A DNA stretch of 64,000 nt from Vulcanimicrobiota bacterium (GCA_963695225.1 OY968762.1:2528001-2592000); one strand, 5' to 3'. Positions 10,801 through 20,565 are shown, counted from the stretch's first letter. Notes: a model not told the origin generated them from the letters alone. Made by a program: numbers and translations.

Positions 10801-11142
10801 CCGGGCGACCTGCTGCTGGATGTCGACGGCCGCCACGTTGATGTCGGTCCCGAACTTGAAGGTGGCGCGGATGACCGACTGGCCCTGATAGGAATCCGAC
10901 TGCAGGTAGTCGATCCCCGAGACGCGGCTGACCGCATTCTCGTAGGGCCGGGTGATCGTCGATTCCATCGTCTCCGGGGAGACGTTCCCGTAGTTCACGG
11001 TCACGGAGACGACGGGCGGCTGGAAATTCGGCAGCAACGCCACGGCGAGCCGCGGGATCGCGAAAACGCCGAGAACGATGATGGCGGCCGCGAGCATCGC
11101 GACCGTCACGCGCCTCGTGACGGCGAAATCAGCGATCGACAT
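7849..11142 (-). CDS. RND efflux permease (AcrB/AcrD/AcrF family)
   Basis: GLIVDDAVVVIENI, KNAILVVEF, RLRPILMTT; 1097 aa; 40-nt convergent overlap with relA. Confidence 0.95.
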   Translation of the reverse strand: MSIADFAVTRRVTVAMLAAAIIVLGVFAIPRLAVALLPNFQPPVVSVTVNYGNVSPETMESTITRPYENAVSRVSGIDYLQSDSYQGQSVIRATFKFGTDINVAAVDIQQQVARISNQLPNDPNLQQPQILKADPNALPVVRGYVTDPSRSLRDLSDLFTNQLNDEISAVPGVGSVNTFGGQQRAITVEPNQAALAADGLGTDAIVAKLAKENVDVPAGIIGIGKNEYTIRANALYASAEEIGQTVIAIRNGAPVYLHDVARVRDDIQEQRQFSRLDGVPAIGLVVNAQPDANVVAVAQGIYAKFDDLKKRYPSMRFGIALDQRGFIVEAIDALEHTAIYGAVLAVLIILLFLHSWRSTLIVAISLPISVLGTLFAAYLFHESLNTMTLGGLALAVGLIVDDAVVVIENIFRHLSQGESPLEAARNATAQIFSAVLASTVTVVTVFVPLLLIPGLQGLIFGPLAIIVMTGVAISLLVAVTTVPMLSSIMLRAGDAHATAGNGAPKGPYARFASAFDRQYERFEHAYRRLLAWSIDRPGIIMGAGFAFFLLAVLALRTGIVATEVFPAADSRFARFDIRLPLGTGLAETNRVSELVEKAFREDGRVETVGAIAGTGFGGGSSRAITNQSSLSITLHEGISGSKAADFVNEWQRRLGGRPRSPSATPPPSVASLPESVRAERRELRKALTGSEVRGRTIDILQQTIAQGADALQIQLFGPDVNKLYDLAQGVIPQLAEIPGVIRPDTNVTARQPEVDIKFDRRRVAQYGLSTGDVANVVSTATTGTIASYFQVNGIQYPINVELPPAERRSFASIGGLLLTPPTTSGAADLASIPLSNIADITIGNGPSQISRQNKQRRIDINATVVGRPLGDVLKDAQAIMERYSLPAGYRWAYGPAIAQNNDTFSSLALVVALAIVLIYMLLASQFESYLDPLVIMTAVPLALGGIVASLLLTHRSFGLTAFIGCLLLVGIAVKNAILVVEFTEQLRHTEGLDAREALLRAGPMRLRPILMTTIATIAGMLPLALGIEAGSSTQAPLGTVVIGGLATSTLLSLVVVPTLYLWVQRNIASRFNPKPPRIGPVPPGDQPLARTSRLVTR

Positions 11143-11318
11143 GGACTAGGGTTTGTTCCCCTCGTGGCGGCAGGTTCCGTCCCGCGGCCGGCTTCCGGCC
11201 GCGAGCCGGTGCGAGAGTGCCAAACAGTCGGCACAGCCCCGGGTCATGCTAAGGTTACGCCTCGGAGGCGGGAAGAAGCTGGGAAGCGGCCGGGCAGGGA
11301 CCGGGAAGCGATCCGGCC

Positions 11319-11348
11319 TTGTCGGCGATTTCCACGGCGTGATATGAT
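11319..11348 (+). promoter_or_regulatory. Sigma70-type promoter of the rpsF operon
   Basis: TTGTCG-N18-TATGAT with extended -10 TG. Confidence 0.6.
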
Positions 11349-11378
11349 CCAGGGGTTTTGCAGGGCGCCCCGGCGCCC

Positions 11379-11441
11379 GAACCCACTGCCCGCAGCGCGG
11401 GCCGTTCGCTCACCGAGCGACGTCCATAGAGGGAAGAATCG
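11379..11441 (+). promoter_or_regulatory. Putative S6:S18 ribosomal protein leader RNA
   Basis: Hairpin GCCCGC-AGC-GCGGGC ending in CCG, then GTCCATAGAGGG at the RBS, directly upstream of rpsF; resembles known rpsF leaders. Confidence 0.55.
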
Positions 11442-11732
11442 ATGGCCACAGCCTACGAAGTCACGTATATCATCCGCCCGCACCTCGAGGAAACCGAGGT
11501 CGACGAGCGCGCGGCCCAGATCGCCGAGGCGCTGAAAACTTCCGGCGCCGAGGTCGGCGAGATCGAGAAGCTCGGCAAGCGGCGTCTCGCCTACGAGATC
11601 GACGATCTGCGCGAAGGCCATTACGTGGTCATGAAATTCACGAGCAACGCCGCCCAGGCGAAAGAGCTCGAGCGTCAACTCCGTCTGAACGAGTTGGTGC
11701 TGCGCGAGCTCTTGATCAAACTCGACGACTAG
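11442..11732 (+). CDS. rpsF: 30S ribosomal protein S6
   Basis: YEVTYIIRP, GKRRLAYEI, EGHY; operon context. Confidence 0.97.
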   Translation: MATAYEVTYIIRPHLEETEVDERAAQIAEALKTSGAEVGEIEKLGKRRLAYEIDDLREGHYVVMKFTSNAAQAKELERQLRLNELVLRELLIKLDD

Positions 11733-11760
11733 GCCGTCGTCCACATAGGGAGGCACGCCA

Positions 11761-12195
11761 ATGGCCGGTAGCTACAATCGGATCATTCTCGTCGGGAATC
11801 TGACGCGGGATCCGGAGATCCGATACGTCAACAACGGCTCCGCCGTCACGAAGTTCTCGCTGGCGATCAACCGCCGCAGCAAGCAGGGCGACGAAACGAT
11901 GTTCATCGACGTCGTCGCCTGGGACAAGCTCGGCGAGATCTGCAACACGTACTTGAAGAAGGGGATGTCGACGCTCGTCGAGGGCGCGCTCTCCATTCGC
12001 AAGTACGAAACGAAAGAAGGCGAGAAGCGAACCGCCGTCGAGGTCGTCGCATCGAACATGCAGATGCTCGACAGCAAGAACCGCGGAGCGAACGGCGAGG
12101 GAGGCGGCGGCTACGAACGCCCGTCCGCATCTCGTCCGGCCGCTGCGGGCGGCAACTTCGACGAAGAAGAGATCGGCGAAGAGATTCCTTTCTAG
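11761..12195 (+). CDS. ssb: Single-stranded DNA-binding protein
   Basis: NRIILVGNLTRDPE, acidic C-terminal EEIPF. Confidence 0.97.
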   Translation: MAGSYNRIILVGNLTRDPEIRYVNNGSAVTKFSLAINRRSKQGDETMFIDVVAWDKLGEICNTYLKKGMSTLVEGALSIRKYETKEGEKRTAVEVVASNMQMLDSKNRGANGEGGGGYERPSASRPAAAGGNFDEEEIGEEIPF

Positions 12196-12322
12196 CCGGC
12201 GAAGAAAGCCTATCCAAATCCGGAGTTTCGTCCGGTCGTGCGGCGAGCGATCGCGTTCGCGTCACGTGTGTAGGGCCGGGGGCATTGCCACTCGGCCGAA
12301 TCCACCTACATGAAAGAGAGTC

Positions 12323-12586
12323 ATGGCAGCACCACCGACCAACAAGAAGCGGGCGGCCGCGAAAAAAGAGCGCCGCCCCAAGCGGAAAGTCTGCACCTTT
12401 TGTGCGGACAAGGCACAACCCGAGCTGAATTACAAGGATGCGAATCGTTTGCGCAAGTTCATCTCGGAGCGCGGGAAGATTCTGCCGCGTCGGATTTCAG
12501 GTAACTGCGCGAGGCACCAACGCGTGTTGACGGTCGCCGTCAAGCGCGCGCGCGTGATCGCCCTCCTCCCCTTCACGTCCGAGTAA
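12323..12586 (+). CDS. rpsR: 30S ribosomal protein S18 (zinc-binding type)
   Basis: [28 protein letters not shown]. Confidence 0.97.
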   Translation: MAAPPTNKKRAAAKKERRPKRKVCTFCADKAQPELNYKDANRLRKFISERGKILPRRISGNCARHQRVLTVAVKRARVIALLPFTSE

Positions 12587-12593
12587 GCGGCTC

Positions 12594-13040
12594 ATGAAAG
12601 TCATCCTGCTGCAAGATATCAAGACCCTCGGCAAGACCGGCGACGTCGTCGAGGTCGCCGTCGGCTACGCGCGCAATTACCTCGAACCGCGCGGGTTCGC
12701 CGTCGAAGCCTCGACCGGCGCGATGGCGCTGCTCGAACAGCAGCGCCGCGCGAAGAACCGGCGTGAGGCGGAGGCGGTCGCCGATGCCGAGGCGCTCGCG
12801 AAGATCCTCGAGAGCAAGCCCGTGAACGTCGCCGCGAAGAGCGGCGGGAACGGCAAGCTCTTCGGGACGATCACGAACGTTCAAATCGCCGACGCGATCC
12901 ACACGGACTATCAGGTGCAGATCGACCGGCATAAGATCGAAGTGCCCGAGAACATCAAGTCGCTCGGCTCGTATCCGATCAAGATCCGGCTCGGCAAGAA
13001 CATCGTCGCGAAGACAACGGTCAAAGTCGTCGCGGGATAG
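12594..13040 (+). CDS. rplI: 50S ribosomal protein L9
   Basis: MKVILLQD..LGK.GD, GYARNYL, GKLFGTIT, IKSLG. Confidence 0.97.
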   Translation: MKVILLQDIKTLGKTGDVVEVAVGYARNYLEPRGFAVEASTGAMALLEQQRRAKNRREAEAVADAEALAKILESKPVNVAAKSGGNGKLFGTITNVQIADAIHTDYQVQIDRHKIEVPENIKSLGSYPIKIRLGKNIVAKTTVKVVAG

Positions 13041-13047
13041 CGCCGGC

Positions 13048-15000
13048 ATGGCGGCGGGAGCTGAGCAGGCCCACATCGCTCGATTCCGGCGCAAGTACGG
13101 CGGAGACGACGGGGTGCGGCGCCACGTCGCCGCCCTCTACGACCTGCTCGCGGCGACGATCGGCTCCGAAAAGCTCGTGCTGCGCGCCGGCAAGTTGGAT
13201 GCGCTCAAAATGATGCGGTCGGGGCAGCTTCCCGAGCGCATCTTGGCCTTGCAACGGCTCGTCTTCGAGAACCCGACGCTCGACCGGCCGCCGGCGCCCG
13301 CGAAATATCGCGACGCCCTCGGAGAGATCGAAGACCGGCTTGCCGACGTGATCGCGCAGCGCACCGTCGAGGAGAACCTGGAGCGCAAGGTCGGCGCGAA
13401 GATGACCGAGCGCCACCAAGAGTATCTCAAGGATCTGCGGCTCGAAGCGTTGCGCGAAGAGGGCGGCCCCGAGACGCCCGCCACGCAGGCGAAGCTCGCC
13501 GATCTCGTCGCACTGAACGAGCGGGGCCTTGCCACGTCCGCGCTCGCGCTGTTGCGTCCGCGGTCGCTCGAAGAGGTCGTGGGCCAAACGGACGCGATTC
13601 GGTCGTTGCTTGCGAAGATCTCCTCGCCGTATCCTCAGCATGTGATCCTGTACGGCCCCCCAGGTGTCGGCAAGACGACGGTCGCCCGTCTCGCGCTCGA
13701 GGTCGCCAAGACGCGCGGATACACGCCGTTCGCGGCCGACGCCCCGTTCATCGAGGCGAGCGGCGCGACGCTGCGGTGGGATCCGCGCGAGACGACGAAC
13801 CCGCTGCTGGGCAGCGTCCACGATCCGATCTACCAGGGGAGCCGTCGCGAGTTCGCCGAGAGCGGAATCCCCGAACCCAAGCTCGGGCTCGTCACGAAGG
13901 CGCACGGCGGCGTGCTGTTCATCGACGAGATCGGCGAGATGGACGCGCTCCTGCAGACGAAGCTGCTCAAAGTTCTCGAGGACAAGCGCTTCATGTTCGA
14001 ATCCTCGTATTTCGACGAGAGCGATCCGAGCGTCCCCGAGTACGTTCGCAGGCTGTTCCGGGAAGGGGCGCCGGCCGATTTCATTCTGATCGGCGCGACG
14101 ACGCGGGACCCGAGCGAGATCGACGCCGCGATCCGCTCGCGCTGCGCGGAAGTCTACTTCGAACCGCTCACGGAAGCGCAGATTCGCGAGATCGTCGCAG
14201 GCGCCGCAAAGCGGCTCGGTGCGAAGCCGGCGCGCCGCGTCCCCGACTTGATCGCTTCGTACACGATGGAAGGTCGTAAGGCCGTGCAGATCCTCGCGGA
14301 CGCCTACGGACACGCGCTCGACCGGACGGAGCGCTCCGGGACGAGCCGTAAGCCTCCGAGTACGACGATCTCCGAAGCCGACGTGGAGCTCGTCGCCCAG
14401 ACGAGCCGCCTCGTCCGCCACACGCCCGTCAAGGGGCGTCGCGCGCGGGAGGTCGGAAAAGCCTACGGGCTGGGCGTCGCGCAGCACATCGGCAGCCTGA
14501 TCGAGATCGAAGCGATCGCCTTTCCCGCGGCTGCGCGCCGCAAGGGCTCGGTTCGCTTCAACGAGACCGCGGGTTCGATGGCGAAGGACAGCGTCTTCAA
14601 CGCGGCCGCGGTCATTCGCGCGCGCACGGGGATCGATCCTCTCGATTACGATCTGCACATCAACGTCGTCGGGGGCGGGAACATCGACGGCCCATCCGCC
14701 GGGCTCGCGATCTTCCTCGCGCTCTACTCGGCGCTCACGAAGACGCCGCTCCCGCAAGACGTTGCCGTCACGGGCGAGATATCGATCCAAGGGAAGGTTC
14801 GAGCGGTCGGCGGCGTCGTCGAGAAGCTCTACGCCGCGCGGCAGGCCGGGATGCGCGCGATGCTGCTCCCCCGCGAGAATCGCAGCGAGGTTTCGTCCAC
14901 CGTTCTCGGGCTCGAGCTCGTCCCGCTCGCCTCCGTCGAGGACGCGCTCGACGCACTCGAGATTCCGGCCGTTCCCAAGCGGCGGAGGGCGAGCCGATGA
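13048..15000 (+). CDS. lonC: Lon-family ATP-dependent protease (LonC type)
   Basis: GPPGVGKT, LFIDEIGE, DGPSAG catalytic Ser, VGGVVEKL catalytic Lys; position between rplI and dnaB. Confidence 0.88.
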   Translation: MAAGAEQAHIARFRRKYGGDDGVRRHVAALYDLLAATIGSEKLVLRAGKLDALKMMRSGQLPERILALQRLVFENPTLDRPPAPAKYRDALGEIEDRLADVIAQRTVEENLERKVGAKMTERHQEYLKDLRLEALREEGGPETPATQAKLADLVALNERGLATSALALLRPRSLEEVVGQTDAIRSLLAKISSPYPQHVILYGPPGVGKTTVARLALEVAKTRGYTPFAADAPFIEASGATLRWDPRETTNPLLGSVHDPIYQGSRREFAESGIPEPKLGLVTKAHGGVLFIDEIGEMDALLQTKLLKVLEDKRFMFESSYFDESDPSVPEYVRRLFREGAPADFILIGATTRDPSEIDAAIRSRCAEVYFEPLTEAQIREIVAGAAKRLGAKPARRVPDLIASYTMEGRKAVQILADAYGHALDRTERSGTSRKPPSTTISEADVELVAQTSRLVRHTPVKGRRAREVGKAYGLGVAQHIGSLIEIEAIAFPAAARRKGSVRFNETAGSMAKDSVFNAAAVIRARTGIDPLDYDLHINVVGGGNIDGPSAGLAIFLALYSALTKTPLPQDVAVTGEISIQGKVRAVGGVVEKLYAARQAGMRAMLLPRENRSEVSSTVLGLELVPLASVEDALDALEIPAVPKRRRASR

Positions 15001-16364
15001 CGCTGACGGCGAACCTCGGCGTCGATCGCATCCCGCCGAACAACCTCTCCGCGGAGATGGCCGTCCTCGGCTCGATCCTGGTCGATCGCGAGATGATGGC
15101 GGCCGTCAGCGAGATCGTGCAACCGGCCGATTTCTACGCGCACGTGCACGAGACGGTCTTCGCGACGTTGATCGCGCTCTACGATCGTGGCGAACCGCTC
15201 GACAAGATCACGGTCGCGGAAGAGTTGCGGCGCAACGGCCGGCTCGAGAAGGTCGGCGGCGTGCCGTACCTCACGCTGCTCATGGATACGGTTCCGACCG
15301 CCTCCTCGGCCGAGTACTACGCGAAGATCGTGCGCGAGAAAGCGGCATTGCGCGGTTTGATCCACGCCGGGACGCGCATCTCGCAACTCGGCTTCGAGAG
15401 CGAAGAAGACGTCGAGGGCGCGATCGATCAGAGCGAGCAGATCGTGTACGAAGTCGGCCGGCGGCAAGCGCGCGGCGATTTCGCCTCGGTCGAGAAATTG
15501 CTGAAGGGGACGTTCGAGCAGATCGACCGGCTCTATCAGAGCCGCGGCAACCGCACGGGGCTGACCTCGGGCTACCGCGACATCGACGACTATACCGCCG
15601 GCTTCCAACCCGGCAACTTCGTGATCCTCGCCGCGCGCCCGGCGATGGGCAAGACCTCGATCGCGTTGAACATGGCCGCGGCGATGGCGCGCGAGGAACA
15701 GAAGCCCGTCGCCGTCTTCTCCCTCGAGATGACGAACGAAGAGCTCGTGACGCGCCTGCTCTGTGCCGAAGCGCGCATCGATGCGCAACATCTGCGGCGC
15801 GGGAACATCAAGGATCACGAGTGGGACAAGATCTCGGAAGGGATGAGCATCCTCTCGCGGATGCCGATCTTCATCGACGATTCGGGCGCCGTGACCGTGA
15901 GCGAGATCCGCAGCCGGTGCCGCCGGCTGCAATCCGCCGAGGGCTTGGCGGCCGTGATCATCGACTACCTGCAGCTCGTGCGCCCGACGACGGCGACGCG
16001 CTCGCAGAATCGCAACGAAGAGCTCTCGGATATCTGCCGCACGCTCAAAGCGACGGCGAAGGATCTTGCCATTCCGATCATCGCGCTCGCGCAACTCAAT
16101 CGCGCCGTCGAATCGCGGAACGACAAACGGCCGATGCTCTCCGACCTGCGCGATTCGGGTTCGATCGAGCAAGAGGCCGACATGGTCGCGTTTCTCTACC
16201 GCGACGCGTACTACAATCCGGAGAGTTCCCCCGAGCCCGACCTCACCGAGTTCATCATCGCAAAGCAGCGCAACGGCCCGACGGGGACCGTCAAGCTACG
16301 CTTCCTGAAAGAGCACACGCTCTTCGTCCCGTACGGGGACGCTTCACATTTCAGCGGACCCTGA
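14997..16364 (+). CDS. dnaB: Replicative DNA helicase
   Basis: AARPAMGKT, FSLEM, IDYLQL, LAQLNR, DLRDSGSIEQEAD, KQRNGP. Confidence 0.98.
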   Translation: MTLTANLGVDRIPPNNLSAEMAVLGSILVDREMMAAVSEIVQPADFYAHVHETVFATLIALYDRGEPLDKITVAEELRRNGRLEKVGGVPYLTLLMDTVPTASSAEYYAKIVREKAALRGLIHAGTRISQLGFESEEDVEGAIDQSEQIVYEVGRRQARGDFASVEKLLKGTFEQIDRLYQSRGNRTGLTSGYRDIDDYTAGFQPGNFVILAARPAMGKTSIALNMAAAMAREEQKPVAVFSLEMTNEELVTRLLCAEARIDAQHLRRGNIKDHEWDKISEGMSILSRMPIFIDDSGAVTVSEIRSRCRRLQSAEGLAAVIIDYLQLVRPTTATRSQNRNEELSDICRTLKATAKDLAIPIIALAQLNRAVESRNDKRPMLSDLRDSGSIEQEADMVAFLYRDAYYNPESSPEPDLTEFIIAKQRNGPTGTVKLRFLKEHTLFVPYGDASHFSGP

Positions 16365-16375
16365 GCGCGCGGCGC

Positions 16376-16921
16376 TCAACCTTCGACGAGTTCGTGGACT
16401 TCCGGATCCCCGATCCCCGCGTGCAAGTAGGAGCGCGATAGCTCGACGTACTCTGGGGCGGCGATATCGAGCCAGTGTGCCGCCGCGCCCTCGAGCGCCT
16501 TCTTCACCTTCGCCGGGGCGCCCGCCGCGACGACCTCCGCCGGAATCTGCGCGTTCGCAGGGACGACGCTCCCCGCGCCGATGAGCGAGCGCCGCCCGAC
16601 GCGCGCGCCGTTGAGGACGACCGCGTTGCTCCCGATCAGCGCGCCGTCTTCGATGACGCAATCCTCCATGCAGGCGCAATGTCCGATCGTCACGTCGTTC
16701 CCGATGATCGTCTGGGAGTGTTCGCTGACGTGGATGACCGCGTTGTCCTGCACGCTCGTGCGAGCCCCGATGCGAATCGGTCCGTTGTCGGCGCGGATCA
16801 CCGTTCCGAACCAGATGCTCGAATGCTCCCCGATCTCCACGTCGCCGATCAGGATCGCGTTCGGCGCGACGAACGCCGTCGGATGGACTTGCGGCACTTT
16901 CCCACGGTACTCGATGAACAT
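16376..16921 (-). CDS. Gamma carbonic anhydrase-family hexapeptide-repeat protein
   Basis: IGDVEIG..SSIWF..VIRAD, SVQDNAVIH, VTIGH. Confidence 0.9.
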   Translation of the reverse strand: MFIEYRGKVPQVHPTAFVAPNAILIGDVEIGEHSSIWFGTVIRADNGPIRIGARTSVQDNAVIHVSEHSQTIIGNDVTIGHCACMEDCVIEDGALIGSNAVVLNGARVGRRSLIGAGSVVPANAQIPAEVVAAGAPAKVKKALEGAAAHWLDIAAPEYVELSRSYLHAGIGDPEVHELVEG

Positions 16922-17005
16922 GGCGGCTCCTCGGCGAAATCGATGCTCGAGCCCGTGTGAAGGCGGCCTCCCGAGCCAATTTCTGCCCGCCGCCGGAGGT
17001 CCCTC

Positions 17006-17263
17006 GTGAGCGAACACCGACACCAAACGGCGCTGCGCGGCGTAAAGGCGACGCCCAGGCCCGCACCGGGGAATCCGCTCTATTCCGACGTGAACTACGC
17101 GTACGCCGGCGTGGCGGGGCACGTGCACGAGGTCGTTACGATCGGCGGGCGCAAGCTTGCGAAGGTCGGCTTCGACGATCGCAAGATCGTCTATTACCTG
17201 CTGGACGATCTCGAACTCGACGAGGGTGCGAAGCGCGGGACGTTTCACGACGCCGACGCCTGA
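17006..17263 (+). CDS. Hypothetical protein
   Basis: GGAGG RBS, GTG start, coding-like composition. Confidence 0.6.
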   Translation: MSEHRHQTALRGVKATPRPAPGNPLYSDVNYAYAGVAGHVHEVVTIGGRKLAKVGFDDRKIVYYLLDDLELDEGAKRGTFHDADA

Positions 17264-17283
17264 CGCCCCGGCGCGCCCGGCCC

Positions 17284-17727
17284 TCAGCGCTTTTCGAAGC
17301 GGCCGGTCTTCTCGTGCAGGCGGATGCGAAAAACGACGGCCGGCCCCGCCGGTTTCCGCTCGCTCCCGGCTTTGGCCGGCGAAGGATGCACGATGTCCGA
17401 CGTGATCAACGGCCGGATCCGTTCGACGATCATCGTCAGGCCGCGCAGCGCGTCATCGCCCGAGAGCTCTTCGTAGTGTCCCCAAGCGATCACGCTCTCC
17501 CAGTTCACGAGATCCCGCATGCGGTCGACTTCGAAGCACACGAGCGAGTTCTCTCGCATCATGCGCAGCTTGAGCCCGTCGTTGCTGTGGCAGTAGACGC
17601 TCGTGCCGTCGTAGGCATAGGTGATCGGAACCACGTACGTGCGCCCCGCGACGTGCATGCCGATCCGTCCGAGGATCGCGCTTTTCAGCACGCGCTCGAT
17701 CGACGCTTCGTCCAGGCTGTCGGGCAT
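17284..17727 (-). CDS. Pyridoxamine 5'-phosphate oxidase-like FMN-binding protein
   Basis: YVVPITY, HS..G.K, N..VCFEVD, WESVIAWG, KTGRFE. Confidence 0.88.
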   Translation of the reverse strand: MPDSLDEASIERVLKSAILGRIGMHVAGRTYVVPITYAYDGTSVYCHSNDGLKLRMMRENSLVCFEVDRMRDLVNWESVIAWGHYEELSGDDALRGLTMIVERIRPLITSDIVHPSPAKAGSERKPAGPAVVFRIRLHEKTGRFEKR

Positions 17728-17798
17728 CTCCAAGCTCCCCGAGCGTGCTACCCGCCGAGGCTACCGCGAACTCGCGAAGGGCATGTGAGTTCGCGCGT

Positions 17799-18272
17799 TC
17801 ATAGGTCGCGGTGCCAGCGGTCGACGCCCATGTCCGTTTCGGTGCGTTTCATTCCGCAGTGCGAGACCAAGATGGCGAACGGCTCGTTCTCGCTGACCGA
17901 GTAGGCGATCAAGTCGCGTACGCCGCGCGCCTGCAGCCCCGCGATCAGGTGGTCGACGAGCTGGTGCCCGACGCCGTGGTGGCGTGCTTCCGGGATCACG
18001 ATGATCGCGAGTTCCGCCTCGGCCCCTTCGACCGTCGCGTGGATGACGCCGACCGGCTCGCCATCGGACTCCGCGATGTAGGCCAGAGTGTCGGCTCCGC
18101 CGAGGTACCCGCTCAGTTCGGCTTCGGAGACGACGTTGACGTAGTGCAGGAAACGATAGTAACGGTCCCGGCTGCTCGAACGCTCCAGGATCTGCCGATA
18201 GGCCGGCCCGTCCGCGGGGCTCGCCTCGCGGATGCCGTTCCTCAACGGTGCAACGGACAAACTACCGACCAT
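17799..18272 (-). CDS. GNAT-family acetyltransferase
   Basis: AELAIIV.P..RHHGVG acetyl-CoA motif; RYYRF. Confidence 0.8.
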   Translation of the reverse strand: MVGSLSVAPLRNGIREASPADGPAYRQILERSSSRDRYYRFLHYVNVVSEAELSGYLGGADTLAYIAESDGEPVGVIHATVEGAEAELAIIVIPEARHHGVGHQLVDHLIAGLQARGVRDLIAYSVSENEPFAILVSHCGMKRTETDMGVDRWHRDL

Positions 18273-18393
18273 CGTAAGACCGGGCCATCGCGTCTAGTGT
18301 ACCGGAGCGCCGGTGTCTTGATTCCTACGAAAGTCGGCGCGGAGGAGGCCTCCGGATAGGTCATCCGCCGGTCACGTGGGGAACGTCGAGTCC

Positions 18394-20229
18394 ATGCGCC
18401 GCCTCCTCCTTGCCCTTAGGACTACGATCCTCGCGGCGACGGTTGCCATTCTCGGGTATGCCGGCCCCTCGCAGGCCCAGATTCCGGCCGGGCTTCTCCC
18501 GATGGGCCCCCCGACCCCGATCGCGGACGTCCCCGCCGGCGTCCGCCGCGCAGGCAACCTGGAGATCACGACAGTTTCGTTCGATCACCAGCCGCTCTTC
18601 GCGATCGCGGGGCCGATCGTCCGGAACCGGCAAGATCCGGGAAATCTCGTCCCGGTCGAAGTACGCGGCGCGCAGATCGAGGACAATCTCCGGCAGGTCC
18701 TCATCGTCGATCCGAATCGCACGGTCTCGCTTTTCGGCGCGTACGATACCGTGTACGACCCGCGCACGTTCAACGTGGTGATCAAGAAGGTCGACAATGA
18801 AACGGTCCTCGTCGCGGGGGACGCCGCGCACGGCGACGACCTCACGTTGATGACCGTGACGGCGCTCGATGCCCTGTACTACGGCACGACGACCGACGAC
18901 TTGGCGAAGCGCCTCCAGCGCCAGCTCCACGACGTCTTGCTCGCCTCGCTTGCGAGCCGCCAGCCGGATCTCGTGCGCCGCCACGTCGCGCGCGTGCCGT
19001 GGATCCTCGGCGGGATGTTCGCACTCACGCTCGTGCTGTGGTTCGCGCGGATACGCGTGCGTGCGTGGCGCAAGCGCCTCGAAGCCGAGACGACCGACGA
19101 GATCGGGCGGGCGGCGGTCGACAAACGGCTCGACGTGGCCTCCATCCTGCAGTGGACGCTCGCATCGTTGCTCGCCGCAACGTGGCTGGGCGGCATCTTG
19201 TGGATCATGTCGCTGTTTCCGTCTACGGCGTTTCTCGCGCAACGTTTCTGGACGCAGTTGCTCTATCTCGTCTTGATCTGGTTCGTCGCGGGGCTCCTCG
19301 ACCGCATCGGGAACGTGCTGATGGCGCGCATCTCGGAAGCATGGCAGGCGCTCTTGCTGCGGCGGAGCGACTCCTCTCGCCGCGCGTTGCGCATCCCGAC
19401 GATCGTGCGCGCGCTCGAGGGGTTCAAGGCGCTCGTCATCTATCTCGTCGCGACGGGTTTCAGCCTGAAGTTGCTGGGTCTCCCGAGCGCCTCCGTGCTG
19501 ACCGTGGGTGCGCTGCTCGCGCTCGCGCTTTCATTCGCCGCGCAGAGCATCGTCAAGGACCTGACGACCGGGTTTCTGATCCTCTCCGAGGACCAGTTCG
19601 CAATCGGCGACATCGTGACGATCGGCACGGTTTCGGGGACGGTCGAGAATCTGAATCTGCGCATCACGCAAGTGCGCGATACTGCCGGCAATCTGATCAC
19701 GATCCCCAACAGCCAGATCACGATCGTGCAGAACGCGACGCGAACCTGGTCGCGGGTTGATTTTGCGATCGACATCGCAAGCGATACCGACGTCGAACGC
19801 GGGTTGAAGGCGCTTACCGAGGTCGCGCATGCGCTCTACGAAGATCCCGAATGGTATCCGCAGATCGTCGAGCCGCCGAGCATCCTCGGCGTCGACGGGA
19901 TCTCGCCGGCCGGCATCACGCTACGGTTGTGGATCGTCACCGCCCCGGCGCAGCAGTACGCGGTGCGTCGCGAGCTTATCCGCCGCGTGCTGCTCGCTTT
20001 CCACGAACGCGACATCCCGCTCGGCATTCCGCAGCAAGTCGTGCACGACGCGGTCCCGCCGAGCCGGGTTCCGCCGGCCGCGGCTCCCGCGCCGGCGCCG
20101 GAGGTCCGGGCCCGCGGCACGAAGGGGCCAGTTGCCCCGAACGGGCCGCCCGCGGCGCCGGACGTGCCGGCGGCTGCGGGAAAGGCCGGCGGTGCCGAGC
20201 CGCCCGCGAGCGAGCGGGCGCGTTCGTGA
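18394..20229 (+). CDS. MscS-family mechanosensitive channel with periplasmic N-terminal domain
   Basis: SFAAQSIVKD..TGFLIL.EDQFAIGD, GTVENLNLRITQVRD..G.LITIPN. Confidence 0.92.
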   Translation: MRRLLLALRTTILAATVAILGYAGPSQAQIPAGLLPMGPPTPIADVPAGVRRAGNLEITTVSFDHQPLFAIAGPIVRNRQDPGNLVPVEVRGAQIEDNLRQVLIVDPNRTVSLFGAYDTVYDPRTFNVVIKKVDNETVLVAGDAAHGDDLTLMTVTALDALYYGTTTDDLAKRLQRQLHDVLLASLASRQPDLVRRHVARVPWILGGMFALTLVLWFARIRVRAWRKRLEAETTDEIGRAAVDKRLDVASILQWTLASLLAATWLGGILWIMSLFPSTAFLAQRFWTQLLYLVLIWFVAGLLDRIGNVLMARISEAWQALLLRRSDSSRRALRIPTIVRALEGFKALVIYLVATGFSLKLLGLPSASVLTVGALLALALSFAAQSIVKDLTTGFLILSEDQFAIGDIVTIGTVSGTVENLNLRITQVRDTAGNLITIPNSQITIVQNATRTWSRVDFAIDIASDTDVERGLKALTEVAHALYEDPEWYPQIVEPPSILGVDGISPAGITLRLWIVTAPAQQYAVRRELIRRVLLAFHERDIPLGIPQQVVHDAVPPSRVPPAAAPAPAPEVRARGTKGPVAPNGPPAAPDVPAAAGKAGGAEPPASERARS

Positions 20230-20348
20230 CGAGGGCCGATCGCCTCGCAGGGAGGGGGCGCTCGCGAAGCTACCAAAAGGGACGGACGGCGGATCGTTGA
20301 ATCCGCAGGAGCCGCTGCGGGTCCGCCGCGGCGCTTCCTCGATGTGAT

Positions 20349-20424
20349 GCCGACGTAGCTCAGTTGGTAGAGCAGCTGATTCGTAATCAGCAGGTCAGCG
20401 GTTCAAGTCCGCTCGTCGGCTCCA
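20349..20424 (+). tRNA. tRNA-Thr(CGT)
   Basis: 76-nt cloverleaf GCCGACG...CGTCGGC-T-CCA; anticodon arm GCTGA-TTCGTAA-TCAGC; GGTTCAAGTCC T arm. Confidence 0.97.
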
Positions 20425-20453
20425 GAAAAAGCCCGCCTTTGCGGGCTTTTCTC
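20425..20453 (+). terminator. Intrinsic terminator after tRNA-Thr
   Basis: AAAAGCCCGC-CTTT-GCGGGCTTTT followed by T-rich sequence. Confidence 0.85.
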
Positions 20454-20565
20454 TTTAATTTTAGGGCCTCGCCGACGAGCGGCCCCGGTTGCGATGATCT
20501 CAGGACAATTCGAGCGAGCTATCGAACGGGCTGAACATCACTCTCGTGACGACTCCCCAAAGAGT

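Noticed and set aside
11215..11223. GAGTGCCAA, resembling half of a CIRCE element
   Set aside because: The matching left arm is missing
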